From NCBI GenBank assembly GCA_045630805.1, contig JAZQTO010000001.1:624-64623 (forward strand): 64,000 bases of DNA, in the 5' to 3' direction. The notes under the pieces were generated by a model. That model had not been told where the DNA came from and searched no databases. It worked only from the letters and a program-made list of their open reading frames with translations. The stretch is from Paludibacteraceae bacterium (GTDB lineage: Bacteria; Bacteroidota; Bacteroidia; Bacteroidales; Paludibacteraceae). This document shows positions 38,570 to 47,528 of the stretch, one piece after another (within the stretch, counting starts at the first letter, position 1; each line of letters begins with the position of its first letter). Position numbers and translations under genes: made by a program.

Positions 38570-40135
38570 TTACTCCTCTATAGCAACGATAGTGCGATAA
38601 CCCACAGACTCATACCAGTCGTCGGAGTATTCAGGAAGTTGATAAATCTCTCCCCATTTGGTTTCTTTATACGCCTCTATGCTGCCAGCAGGAACATGGA
38701 GAATAAAATCTCCAACAAACTTACGATAATCCAAATCATCATAATCATTACCAACAGAAAGTGGTGGATTGACAGCATAGCAGTAAACATCTTTTAGATT
38801 ATCACATCTTTCAAACAACTTACCTTTATTCGTTTTAATTAATGACTCTCCCAACACGACTGTTTCCATAGAACGACAATCCACAAATGCATCTCCAGAG
38901 GACCACCATATTTCATCTTCATCCTCTTCCACATCAATACCTAAATATTTAATACTTGGCAATTCAATCTTTTTAAGACTTGTGCAACTATTGAATGCGT
39001 TTTTTCCTAAGACTTCCAAGTTGTCTAGTTTTACCTCCTCCAATGATGTACATTTATGAAAAGTACCACTTATTATACCCTTTCTTAGTTCTACAAACTC
39101 TATCTTTCTGAGGTTGGCACAATCAACGAAGGCATATTCGTCTAAAAACTCTAATTTATTTGCAACAACACTTATCAATGATGTACAACTATCGAATGCT
39201 TCTCGCCCTAAGAATTCCAAGTTATCCAATGTAACAGTTTCTAATGAAGTACACTTATAGAAGGCACTGGCATTGATAGTGTCTACATTATTCATATTCA
39301 ATTTTTTCAACGCAGTACACTCCATGAAAGCATTATCTCCAATAGTTTTGACATTTTCCAGATTGATATTTTCCAGTGATGTACATCCGAGAAATGCCTT
39401 GTTTCCTATTTCCGTCACTGTTTCTGGTAGATTAATGCTTTTCAGTGAAGTACAGCAAATGAAGGGACCATTAATAAAACCATCTAAAACTGCTAAGTTC
39501 TCTGGTAAAATAACCTCTTCCAATGACGAACAACATAAAAACGCTCTTTCTGGTAATTCTGTAACTGGACTTCCTTTTTCAAATTTAACTGATTGCAGGG
39601 CGGTGCAACCAGCAAAACAACCACTTGTTATTTTTTTTATGGTATTGGGAATAACTACGGACTGCAAAGTTGTATTTGGATGTGTGACATAATATTCACT
39701 CCTGTGATAGTTTTCATTTACATCTGAACCGCTGAGAGCAGAAGATTCAGAACTAAGGATAACCTCTGCCATATCATACAATTCAGTGACTAGGTATTCC
39801 TTTCCTTCCAATGTAATTTTTTCTGGGATAACCAAATGACCTTTGTATTCGTAAGGGGCATATGTCTCATATTCATCCTCACATCCATCATAGAAATAAC
39901 TCCAACATCCCATTCTAACCTCTTTGTCATTTTTAATGCCGAAATACATTCGGTTGCCATCTTTCAAAATAACTTCGTAAATAGTTCCATAATAATTTAT
40001 TTTTTTATTGACAGAAGCAATCTCTGTGCTTTCAACACTACCACCTCCTTCACTTGTTGGTTCGTTCTGACCTTCACAACCAACTAATAACCATGCTGCC
40101 AATAGCAACATCATCAAAGAAATTTTTGTTTTCAT
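38570..40135 (-). CDS. BspA-type leucine-rich-repeat lipoprotein (element cargo)
   Basis: Lipobox WLLVGC. Many ~23-25-aa units with the ..AF..C.SL..I.L pattern. Confidence 0.8.
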   Translation of the reverse strand: MKTKISLMMLLLAAWLLVGCEGQNEPTSEGGGSVESTEIASVNKKINYYGTIYEVILKDGNRMYFGIKNDKEVRMGCWSYFYDGCEDEYETYAPYEYKGHLVIPEKITLEGKEYLVTELYDMAEVILSSESSALSGSDVNENYHRSEYYVTHPNTTLQSVVIPNTIKKITSGCFAGCTALQSVKFEKGSPVTELPERAFLCCSSLEEVILPENLAVLDGFINGPFICCTSLKSINLPETVTEIGNKAFLGCTSLENINLENVKTIGDNAFMECTALKKLNMNNVDTINASAFYKCTSLETVTLDNLEFLGREAFDSCTSLISVVANKLEFLDEYAFVDCANLRKIEFVELRKGIISGTFHKCTSLEEVKLDNLEVLGKNAFNSCTSLKKIELPSIKYLGIDVEEDEDEIWWSSGDAFVDCRSMETVVLGESLIKTNKGKLFERCDNLKDVYCYAVNPPLSVGNDYDDLDYRKFVGDFILHVPAGSIEAYKETKWGEIYQLPEYSDDWYESVGYRTIVAIEE

Positions 40136-40694
40136 ACGTTTGAAATTTTAAGATTGTTAATATAAATGCACAAAAAAAGTGTGAACTTTTGCAAATATTA
40201 GTTCTTTCGGGCATCCACTCCCATACTCTCCAATATATACAGAAAGTCCACACCAAAGGTGCGAACATTCGCGATATTATAGGAAGAGTACTTTACAATG
40301 TTGTGGATGATTGAAAGAATCCCTTAATAAAGCAAATGCTTTATATGTTTATGTAGTTGTTGTTTATTTTACCATAGGCAGTTGTCGTTTGATTTGTGGT
40401 GCAAAGATACTATAAAAATCTGACATGAGCAAATAAAAATCAAAGAAAGAGAGCATTTTCCCTCTTTCCCTGATTAAATGTAATATAGAAACTTATACTA
40501 TTTCAAATTCTTTTTTATCGTTGAACCGTATTTATACTGATATGGGGTGGACTTCGCAGCGTGTAAATGGGGCAAAGTTGATGATGAAAGGAAGGAACTA
40601 TCATCAAAGGCACAAATAATCTTAATACTCTGATAGATATTTGTAATTATATCAATGGCAAAGATTAACAATAAGGAAGACATAACCGCTTTCC

Positions 40695-41984
40695 TTATTG
40701 TTTGTTTATCAATTTATTAATGTATCGATGGATAGTACTTTTACTAATTTTAATCCCTTTTTCCTTCAGTATATTTACATTCTCACGCACAGACTTTGTA
40801 ATGTCACAATGTTGTAACACTAATTGTTCCGTTAAAGACCCCTGTACCTTCTTACTTGCTGATTTCAAGTTAATTTCCCCCTTCTGTGAAGGGTCAATCT
40901 TAGTCTTTTGCTTGTTCTTGTACCCGCTAATATCTGCCTGTTGTACCCCTATAGCAATATCAACTATTTCCTGCCATAGCATTGGATTCTCCTTATCATC
41001 ATGCTCCATAGTGAATTGATATTCACATACTAAGCAAAATAAAAGATGTTCATCCGTAATAATATATCCCTCGTTTAACCATATTTTCCTTATAAGACAA
41101 CCATTCCTAAATAGTGTGTGTCTTCGATGTCCTATTTTTGTTTTTTTGATGATATGTTTACCACTTGCATCTCTTTCCCATTTACGTTGTATTGTAGCAT
41201 AGTCTTCATCCAATAGAGCAAATCTTATTCCATTTACTTCTTGATTATAGTCTACGATGGATTCCGTAATATGTTGATAATTTTCTTTATATTTATCAAT
41301 AAGTTTGTTATAATTTAGTGATTTTAAGTCATTTAAGAAGTCATTGCTAAGACTTAGAGTTACCTGTCCCATAGCATTAAAATGATTCTTCTCTTTTATA
41401 TCTTTATTTGTCTTGGGACACAAGTTCGTCTCGTCTAATTTGATTGGTGTAAACACATTGTCTGATATATAATCCTCGTAATCATCTAATTGAATGTTGC
41501 TTCCATTAAGGTACTGTACACCTGACCTGCAAGAATTATCGAACTTTATAGTAGGAAATACTTGTTGGATTTGTCTACTTCTTCTGTCGTACTCTGCTTG
41601 GTATTGTTCAAGATTCTCAATTTTCTCATTATATAAATATACAATGTGGTACTTCATCTGCTCATTAGAATGTCTGTACGAGGTATATAAGTACGATGGT
41701 CTGTCTTTTTGTGGCATTTCGAAGAAGAAATTGGAAGGTGTAATAGATTTTTCTTCATCAATATCGAATACAAGGAGGTGTGAATAAGCGAAGTTCTCCT
41801 TCTTTTTCTCCTGAAATCCTAACTCATTATTCATTGATGTAAGATTACATGAACAGATACCGTAACCATTACGAATAAGTCTTCTGAGGTCTTTGACATC
41901 TGTTATTTCACTTTTAATTAATTTAATTGTGTTGTAAGTTTTTGGTTTACTTTCATAATTTGCTTTACTAATTGTTATGTGCAT
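40695..41984 (-). CDS. Primase/replication-initiation-like protein (AEP prim-pol fold suspected)
   Basis: LLVFDIDEE fits the DxD motif I of archaeo-eukaryotic primases. KYHIVYLY fits the His-containing motif II. An extremely AT-rich 440-bp region lies upstream. The C-terminus has an HTH-like segment (KSTIHRYINKL). Confidence 0.5.
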   Translation of the reverse strand: MHITISKANYESKPKTYNTIKLIKSEITDVKDLRRLIRNGYGICSCNLTSMNNELGFQEKKKENFAYSHLLVFDIDEEKSITPSNFFFEMPQKDRPSYLYTSYRHSNEQMKYHIVYLYNEKIENLEQYQAEYDRRSRQIQQVFPTIKFDNSCRSGVQYLNGSNIQLDDYEDYISDNVFTPIKLDETNLCPKTNKDIKEKNHFNAMGQVTLSLSNDFLNDLKSLNYNKLIDKYKENYQHITESIVDYNQEVNGIRFALLDEDYATIQRKWERDASGKHIIKKTKIGHRRHTLFRNGCLIRKIWLNEGYIITDEHLLFCLVCEYQFTMEHDDKENPMLWQEIVDIAIGVQQADISGYKNKQKTKIDPSQKGEINLKSASKKVQGSLTEQLVLQHCDITKSVRENVNILKEKGIKISKSTIHRYINKLINKQ

Positions 41985-42427
41985 ATATTAGTTTTTTAAT
42001 GTTGCTCAACAATATCGCTGAGTACATCCAAATATAGCAACTTTTAAATTAAAAAAATAAAGTAAAAAAACACATTTAAAATAATTAAATAAAATATATT
42101 AAAAAAAATACACCTTCTTATATATAAATAAAAAATACAAATATTTTTCTTTATAATGTATTGATGAACAGAGGATTATATGTAATTATTCAACAATAAT
42201 TAATTTAAAACAAACATCAAATATACACGAATAAGACTGTCAGATATGTTATTTTTTTATACCTTCCTACCTCATTTCTACCGCAAAGACCGTGTGAAAC
42301 CCACCCCAAAACTTAGGGGGGGGCGGTAGTATAGATAGCATTCCCCTTGTTGGACAAAAAAATTTTTCAGAAAATTTTTATTTTTTTTAAAAGGTAAACT
42401 ATTTATATTAAACAAACTAAATAAACT

Positions 42428-42592
42428 ATGAGAGCATATAGAGAATTATCCGACTTAACGAAGCAAAAAATAAGCAATGGTATGAAGAAATATCACGCAA
42501 ATAAGACCGTAGCGGAGCAACACAGAACAAGACAAAATCAATCAATGAAAATGAAGGAGTATTGGTCGAATATTCCCTCGAAGAGCGTTTAA
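42428..42592 (+). CDS. Small (54-aa) basic protein with a NUMOD3-like motif
   Basis: The ORF is shorter than the shortest entry in the ORF track. MRAYRELSDLTKQKISNGMKKYHANK resembles the NUMOD3 DNA-binding repeat as I recall it. Confidence 0.3.
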   Translation: MRAYRELSDLTKQKISNGMKKYHANKTVAEQHRTRQNQSMKMKEYWSNIPSKSV

Positions 42593-42601
42593 AAAAAAGC
42601 A

Positions 42602-43876
42602 CTATTTAAGTGCTTTCCTTTGATGACTATTTAACATCTCAGATATGAAGTCAGTTGTTTTCTCCATTAAATTATTCGTTATGGATTTCAAGTATACCTG
42701 AGTTGTTGTTATGTTTTTGTGTCCGAGTAACATCATTAATTGTTCGGCAGGAATATTATATTCAACCGAATATGCAGCGAAGGTATGTCGAATATTATAT
42801 GTGGTAAATGGTTCAATATCCAATTCTCTACAAATTAATCTAATGCCCTTATTAATTTTTTTAAGTATATCGCTTCGTTTATATGATTTTTCTTGCTCTG
42901 TCATCTCCTGAGCATAGAATGGTAATATATACGCATTAGGTTTCTTGGGGTTAATTACACCATATTTTAATAAAAGCGTTCTAAGTTCTGTAGTAAAAGG
43001 TATACCAACATTAGTATCTACCCGTTCCGTTTTGGCTCGTACAAACGTAATTATGTCCCCTTTGATAGAACGGTTCGTTAGTGATAAAATATCTGCCATA
43101 TTCGCTCCACACATCGCGAAGGACAACCTAATAAAATCATGTGCAAATTGCGTTAATTTCTCTGTTGGCGTATATTCCAAAACCTTGCACCATACTTCAA
43201 TATCTAACGCTCGTTTGCTTCGTTCTACTTGCTTTATCCTAACTTTCATAAACGGATTTTCTTGGATTATGTTGTTCTCTACAGCATATTGAAATAACGC
43301 CTTCAACCCTCTCAAATACATACCTAAAGTATTTGGGGATATTTCTTGAAAGTGTGTTGTTCTATATTGCTTTTTAATATAATTTACCAAACTTCCTACT
43401 ATTTCAGGCGTTATATCCTGAACTGTTAGCAAAGAGTTATACTTTTTAACCCAATTAACAGCAGTAGCGTAACTTTCTATCGTGTTCGCTTTACATTGTT
43501 TTTCTGCACGATACATATCCAATAAGGATTCTACTTGAACTCGCTCTGTCGTTACAATTTTTCCGTTAACTTTTTCATCGTAAATAACCTTAAATTTGGC
43601 GAAAGAAAAATCAAGTCCAAGTTCTTCACAGATAGAATTAGCAATAGCACAATCTATTTCTGCAATTTCTAATGCCTCTCTCGTCTTCTTAAGTCTTTTA
43701 TTTTCAAATTCTTCTTTAGAAAAAATCTCTTTGCTACGGGTTGCATATATTTTGTTCTCGCGTTTGAAAGTTATTCTCAATTTGATAGAACTGTGTTGTC
43801 CTCTCTTATAAGGTTTCCATACTAAAGTTGCTTGTGCTTGAGTATACATAATATTATTTATACATTTAAATTTCAT
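42602..43876 (-). CDS. Tyrosine site-specific integrase
   Basis: C-terminal catalytic region with RHTFA, LLGH..ITTTQVY (His and Tyr nucleophile) and an R...ALD box. The N-terminus has a SAM-like DNA-binding domain. Confidence 0.9.
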   Translation of the reverse strand: MKFKCINNIMYTQAQATLVWKPYKRGQHSSIKLRITFKRENKIYATRSKEIFSKEEFENKRLKKTREALEIAEIDCAIANSICEELGLDFSFAKFKVIYDEKVNGKIVTTERVQVESLLDMYRAEKQCKANTIESYATAVNWVKKYNSLLTVQDITPEIVGSLVNYIKKQYRTTHFQEISPNTLGMYLRGLKALFQYAVENNIIQENPFMKVRIKQVERSKRALDIEVWCKVLEYTPTEKLTQFAHDFIRLSFAMCGANMADILSLTNRSIKGDIITFVRAKTERVDTNVGIPFTTELRTLLLKYGVINPKKPNAYILPFYAQEMTEQEKSYKRSDILKKINKGIRLICRELDIEPFTTYNIRHTFAAYSVEYNIPAEQLMMLLGHKNITTTQVYLKSITNNLMEKTTDFISEMLNSHQRKALK

Positions 43877-43883
43877 TCTATAT

Positions 43884-44396
43884 TTATGCTACGAGTTGCA
43901 GACTTCCATTCTTCAATCCTTGATAAACCTTTTTGGCGAATTGAACCGAAATTAAATCGTCTATATATGCTCCTTCTGTAGAGAAATCTATCGGCAATTC
44001 AACAACTTCCAAGTTGTAATCATTTATTTCATTCTCGGCAATCGGATGATGAAAACTATAATCGTGTATCTTGTAGTACAAATAATATTCATTGAACACT
44101 TCCTCTAAGCGTTCGTTCCATCTTCTTACTTTGTGTATCTCACACGGTTTCAATAATGCTAAGAAATAATCTTTATAACCATAATACTCATCTCTTTTCT
44201 CGGATGCTGAATCTATCGATTGTTGAATGTATTCCTTCTCCCACCATGAAGCATATCGCCTACGCTGCACAAGGTCTCGGATATTATCTCGAAAATTCTT
44301 CGCGCGTTTGTTAAAGGAGTAGATACATGCTCCTAACATCTCATAATTGACACAACCATTTTTTAGGTTTTTACTAAAAACACTTGGAGTTTTCAT
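43884..44396 (-). CDS. Hypothetical protein (170 aa)
   Basis: The ORF ends 8 nt upstream of the integrase start and is on the same strand. I recognise no domain. Confidence 0.55.
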   Translation of the reverse strand: MKTPSVFSKNLKNGCVNYEMLGACIYSFNKRAKNFRDNIRDLVQRRRYASWWEKEYIQQSIDSASEKRDEYYGYKDYFLALLKPCEIHKVRRWNERLEEVFNEYYLYYKIHDYSFHHPIAENEINDYNLEVVELPIDFSTEGAYIDDLISVQFAKKVYQGLKNGSLQLVA

Positions 44397-44843
44397 AGTT
44401 TAATAGTTGATTTTTTTAGTGTTAATAAACTCTGTGCTGACCTTCGCCACAGCACTTTGGCACGCGCCATTGCAAGTACTATTATTTGTTGCAATGTGAA
44501 TTATATTGGTTTTTATCATAGTCATAAATTTTTACTACTACTTTCGAAAAAGGCGAAAAAAAATACAGATAATGCCCAAAAGGCAAATCTGTACATCGTT
44601 AGACCGTAACAACACACTACGTCTTTTGCTGGTTTTATTCCGACAAAAAATATTTCCGCTTTTTCGAAAAGCAATGCAAAGGTACAAAAAAAATCGCACA
44701 TACACAAGAGTTTTTTGAAAAAAGTAGTGTATATAATTGCTTTTTTTATTAAACACAAATCCATAAACATCTGTTTATCAGCAATATATTATTAATACAT
44801 CTATAATTATGTCTACAATAAAAAATGAATAACTTAGAAGACT

Positions 44844-45476
44844 TTAATTAATAAATTTACATTTAATTTTTCGTAATGTCATAATTGATGTACCTGTTAT
44901 AGAACTTACATTCCTTAAACTTATTCCCTTCTTCAACAGACTAATATCTTTGGCGTATTGCTCCTTATAAGTCTCATCAGATTTCTTATAAGTCTCAGGT
45001 CTTCCCATTTTCTTGCCTTCTGCACGGCACTTTGCAATGTACTGATTGCGCCCACTTGTCATTCTTTCTACGATTGTTAGACGTTCCATACTTGCAATTT
45101 CAAGCAGAATTGTACAAATCAAACTTGCAACAGGGTTGATTTTGCCATTCACGATGGTCTCCAAATTGTAATTCTTGACATATAGGCAAATCCCCTCATC
45201 ATTCAACATCTGAATTACCTTCAACGCTTCAAGCGTATTGCGTCCCAAACGTGAAATTTCCAATACAACTACCTTATCTATGTCATGCGCGCGCACGTAT
45301 GTAATCATATCTTGAATTTCTGTACGTTCTTCAAGTGTCTTTGCACCACTTACTTTATTCGCAAACACCTTACAGATATTCCATCCTTGCTTATTGCTAT
45401 ACTCGGTAAGTTCGTTAATTTGACGATTATAATCTTGGTGATTGGTGCTCACCCTACATAGTAAAACCACGTTCAT
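44844..45476 (-). CDS. Serine recombinase (resolvase/invertase family)
   Basis: MNVVLLCRVSTNHQDYNRQ (catalytic Ser motif), LEISRLGRN, and a C-terminal HTH. An alternative start lies at 45518. Confidence 0.88.
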   Translation of the reverse strand: MNVVLLCRVSTNHQDYNRQINELTEYSNKQGWNICKVFANKVSGAKTLEERTEIQDMITYVRAHDIDKVVVLEISRLGRNTLEALKVIQMLNDEGICLYVKNYNLETIVNGKINPVASLICTILLEIASMERLTIVERMTSGRNQYIAKCRAEGKKMGRPETYKKSDETYKEQYAKDISLLKKGISLRNVSSITGTSIMTLRKIKCKFIN

Positions 45477-45510
45477 AATCTTATAATCTATTTTTAAGAG
45501 TTTGCATCTA

Positions 45511-45948
45511 TTACTCAACCCAATAAAGGGATTCCCAACGAAACGATTTCCATTTCATTCCATCTTCTACATCTATGAACGCACATGTAGCATAATCCTC
45601 ACGACTGACTCCGTTTCCATTAGTCTTCGCTGCGGCAATATTTTCTTGGATTGTACCCCATGCCTCACGAATAGAACCATCTTTTTTCTTGAATGCGAAG
45701 TGTGCGATACCATTCGCCATTTTGGTTTTCAAGTTCTCAATCATCATTGCCTTGCCAACCGCCATAATAGCATCTTGGGTACGGTCAAGAATAGTTGCCA
45801 TGCGAGTTGCAGTCATGTTGTTAATGGTCATCATGTTCATGCCTGTGGTGCTGATAGTTGCAAGAGTTGTCATAATTGTATGTTGTTTTTTGGTTAATAT
45901 TCTTATTGTTGAGTCATCCATGTTGGAATGTATTTTGGTTGCCCCCAA
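45511..45948 (-). CDS. Hypothetical protein, DUF2693/SH3-barrel-like C-terminus
   Basis: FAFKKKDGSIREAWGT... resembles a motif common in Bacteroidales mobile elements (from memory). The Met/Thr-rich N-terminus makes the true start uncertain. Confidence 0.4.
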   Translation of the reverse strand: MGATKIHSNMDDSTIRILTKKQHTIMTTLATISTTGMNMMTINNMTATRMATILDRTQDAIMAVGKAMMIENLKTKMANGIAHFAFKKKDGSIREAWGTIQENIAAAKTNGNGVSREDYATCAFIDVEDGMKWKSFRWESLYWVE

Positions 45949-46112
45949 CCATTCAATTGGTATATTCTACGGTACGCCTGTTCTGCGGTGTCGCAATTCT
46001 CTACTTTTCGACTACTTGAAGAACGTCCATCCTCGCTTACATATTCAACCTGCCAAATCCCCCACTTGTTATACGAGCGTCCAAAATGATATGTTCCAAC
46101 TGTTCTAATCAT
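45903..46112 (-). CDS. Hypothetical small protein (69 aa)
   Basis: ORF preceded by a minus-strand TACCTTTG box ('gcaaaggtac' at ~46168). No domain recognised. Confidence 0.4.
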   Translation of the reverse strand: MIRTVGTYHFGRSYNKWGIWQVEYVSEDGRSSSSRKVENCDTAEQAYRRIYQLNGWGQPKYIPTWMTQQ

Positions 46113-46300
46113 AATTTTTGTTTTTTGTGTAATGATAAATCACATGTTATTTTTAAATGTGATGCAAAGGTACACATTTTTTCTGACATGTGCAAATATT
46201 TTTACGAAAAAATGCAAAAATAAATCACTTTTTGTGATTTATGTTGTATATTTGAAAAAAAAGTAGTAATTTTGCCGTGATTTTTAACATCACATACAAC

Positions 46301-46657
46301 ATGAAGGAATATTATAAGAAAAATCTTACGCATGACGATTTGTGCGTAAAACAACTGTTAAAGGCAAAAGGGATGACGATAGCAGAACTTGCAGAGCGAA
46401 TTGGAATGGCACGTGAAGCATTATCAAGAGTTCTATCGGGTGGAAATCCTCAATATTCAACATTGGCAGCGGTGGCAGAGGCACTCGATGTGTCAGTTCC
46501 TGAACTATTCAAGAAACCTGAGCAAGATAAGCAAAAAGATTTGTATGGTATTCTTGTTTATAAAGGAGAACCATTTGAAATAAACTGTCAGGTAGATTTA
46601 CATAATCTACTACAGGAGATATATGATGATAATAGAAAAGTATTAGACAAAGAATAA
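46301..46657 (+). CDS. XRE-family HTH transcriptional regulator
   Basis: LLKAKGMTIAELAERIGMAREALSRVLSGGNPQYSTLAAVAEALDVSVPELF. The ATG at 46301 follows the box 'agtaattttg'. Confidence 0.85.
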   Translation: MKEYYKKNLTHDDLCVKQLLKAKGMTIAELAERIGMAREALSRVLSGGNPQYSTLAAVAEALDVSVPELFKKPEQDKQKDLYGILVYKGEPFEINCQVDLHNLLQEIYDDNRKVLDKE

Positions 46658-46658
46658 T

Positions 46659-47243
46659 ATGCAAGAGTTTTTAAAGGAGTTAATTCGGATTGAAATTAAC
46701 GATAAGGAGAAATGTTTTAATGGTTATTATTCTGCTGATGCATATACGAAATATATCAATGAATTATATTCTACAGCAGATATGACCGCACTAACTAATG
46801 AACTTTATTTGTTCGCAACAGAAAAGCAATTGGAAGATTATATGGTAATGCTAGATGCATATCTTCCTATGTATCTTGAGACGGTGCAAAATATGCAACA
46901 TGACGCAATGATTAGTCCATATCTACAAGAAGAAGCAGATTGGTATCAAACTCTATACGAAATTCGCAATGCTAAAGAATTTTACTACAATAAATTTTTA
47001 GAAATTCTAAATTATGAAAAGCAAGAAAAAAGAGAGATAGTAACTCAAGAAGATAATAATTCTCTTGGAGAATATATCAGTTATGAAGAACTTATTGCAA
47101 AATACAACTTTAAAGGAGTAAAATCTGTTAAGGATAAAAAATGGAGAGAAAAACATAATTTTTACCCATGCAAACAAGAAGGAAAAGGTTGCGCACTTCG
47201 CATAAGTGTAAGTCTATTAGAAGAGTGGTTAGAAGGAAAATAA
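46659..47243 (+). CDS. Hypothetical protein, possible excisionase-like C-terminus
   Basis: Starts 1 nt after the XRE stop codon. The C-terminal ...GCALRISVSLLEEWLEG resembles MerR/Xis-type HTH endings. This is a weak call. Confidence 0.45.
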   Translation: MQEFLKELIRIEINDKEKCFNGYYSADAYTKYINELYSTADMTALTNELYLFATEKQLEDYMVMLDAYLPMYLETVQNMQHDAMISPYLQEEADWYQTLYEIRNAKEFYYNKFLEILNYEKQEKREIVTQEDNNSLGEYISYEELIAKYNFKGVKSVKDKKWREKHNFYPCKQEGKGCALRISVSLLEEWLEGK

Positions 47244-47326
47244 GAAAAATGTTGGTGGTTTTGTTGGTGGTTGAATAAAAAAATCAGACATTCAGGGATT
47301 TACCTAAGTGTCTGATTTCTTTTTTG

Positions 47327-47400
47327 TAGCGGGACCCAGGATTGAACTGGGGACCTCATGATTATGAATCATGCGCTCTAACCAGCTGAGCTATCCCGCC
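47327..47400 (-). tRNA. tRNA with CAU anticodon (elongator Met or Ile2), integration target
   Basis: Minus strand: GGCGGGA-TA-GCTC..GAGC, anticodon stem CATGA/TCATG with loop TTCATAA, T arm CCCAG-TTCAATC-CTGGG, acceptor 3' strand TCCCGCT plus A73. The anticodon stem has fewer than 3 G-C pairs, so this is not an initiator tRNA. Confidence 0.85.
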
Positions 47401-47418
47401 ATTGCTCAAAAGCGGCTG

Positions 47419-47426
47419 CAAAGGTA
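47419..47426 (-). promoter_or_regulatory. Bacteroidota -7 promoter box (TACCTTTG) for tRNA(CAU)
   Basis: The reverse complement of 'caaaggta' lies 19 nt upstream of the tRNA 5' end. Confidence 0.55.
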
Positions 47427-47528
47427 CAACAAATATTTGAAACCACCAAAAAATACGACATTTTTTTCGCTTTTTTTCGTATTTTGTACCTAATATTCCG
47501 TTTTTTTTACCTAAAAACCATTTCAAAA

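Larger units (their letters stand above)
38071..47371. mobile_element. ~9.3-kb integrative element in the 3' end of tRNA(CAU), flanked by 51-bp direct repeats
   Basis: The identical 51-mer tttttgtagcgggacccaggattgaactggggacctcatgattatgaatca occurs at 38071-38121 and 47321-47371. The interior is visibly AT-rich and carries integrase, recombinase, primase-like and XRE genes. Confidence 0.85.

Noticed and set aside
44542-44669. Invertible promoter (invertase-controlled switch) next to the serine recombinase
   Set aside because: The inverted repeats are imperfect (about 14 of 16). The only promoter box lies outside the segment they enclose, so inversion would not reorient it. The observation is kept only as a note in the recombinase finding.
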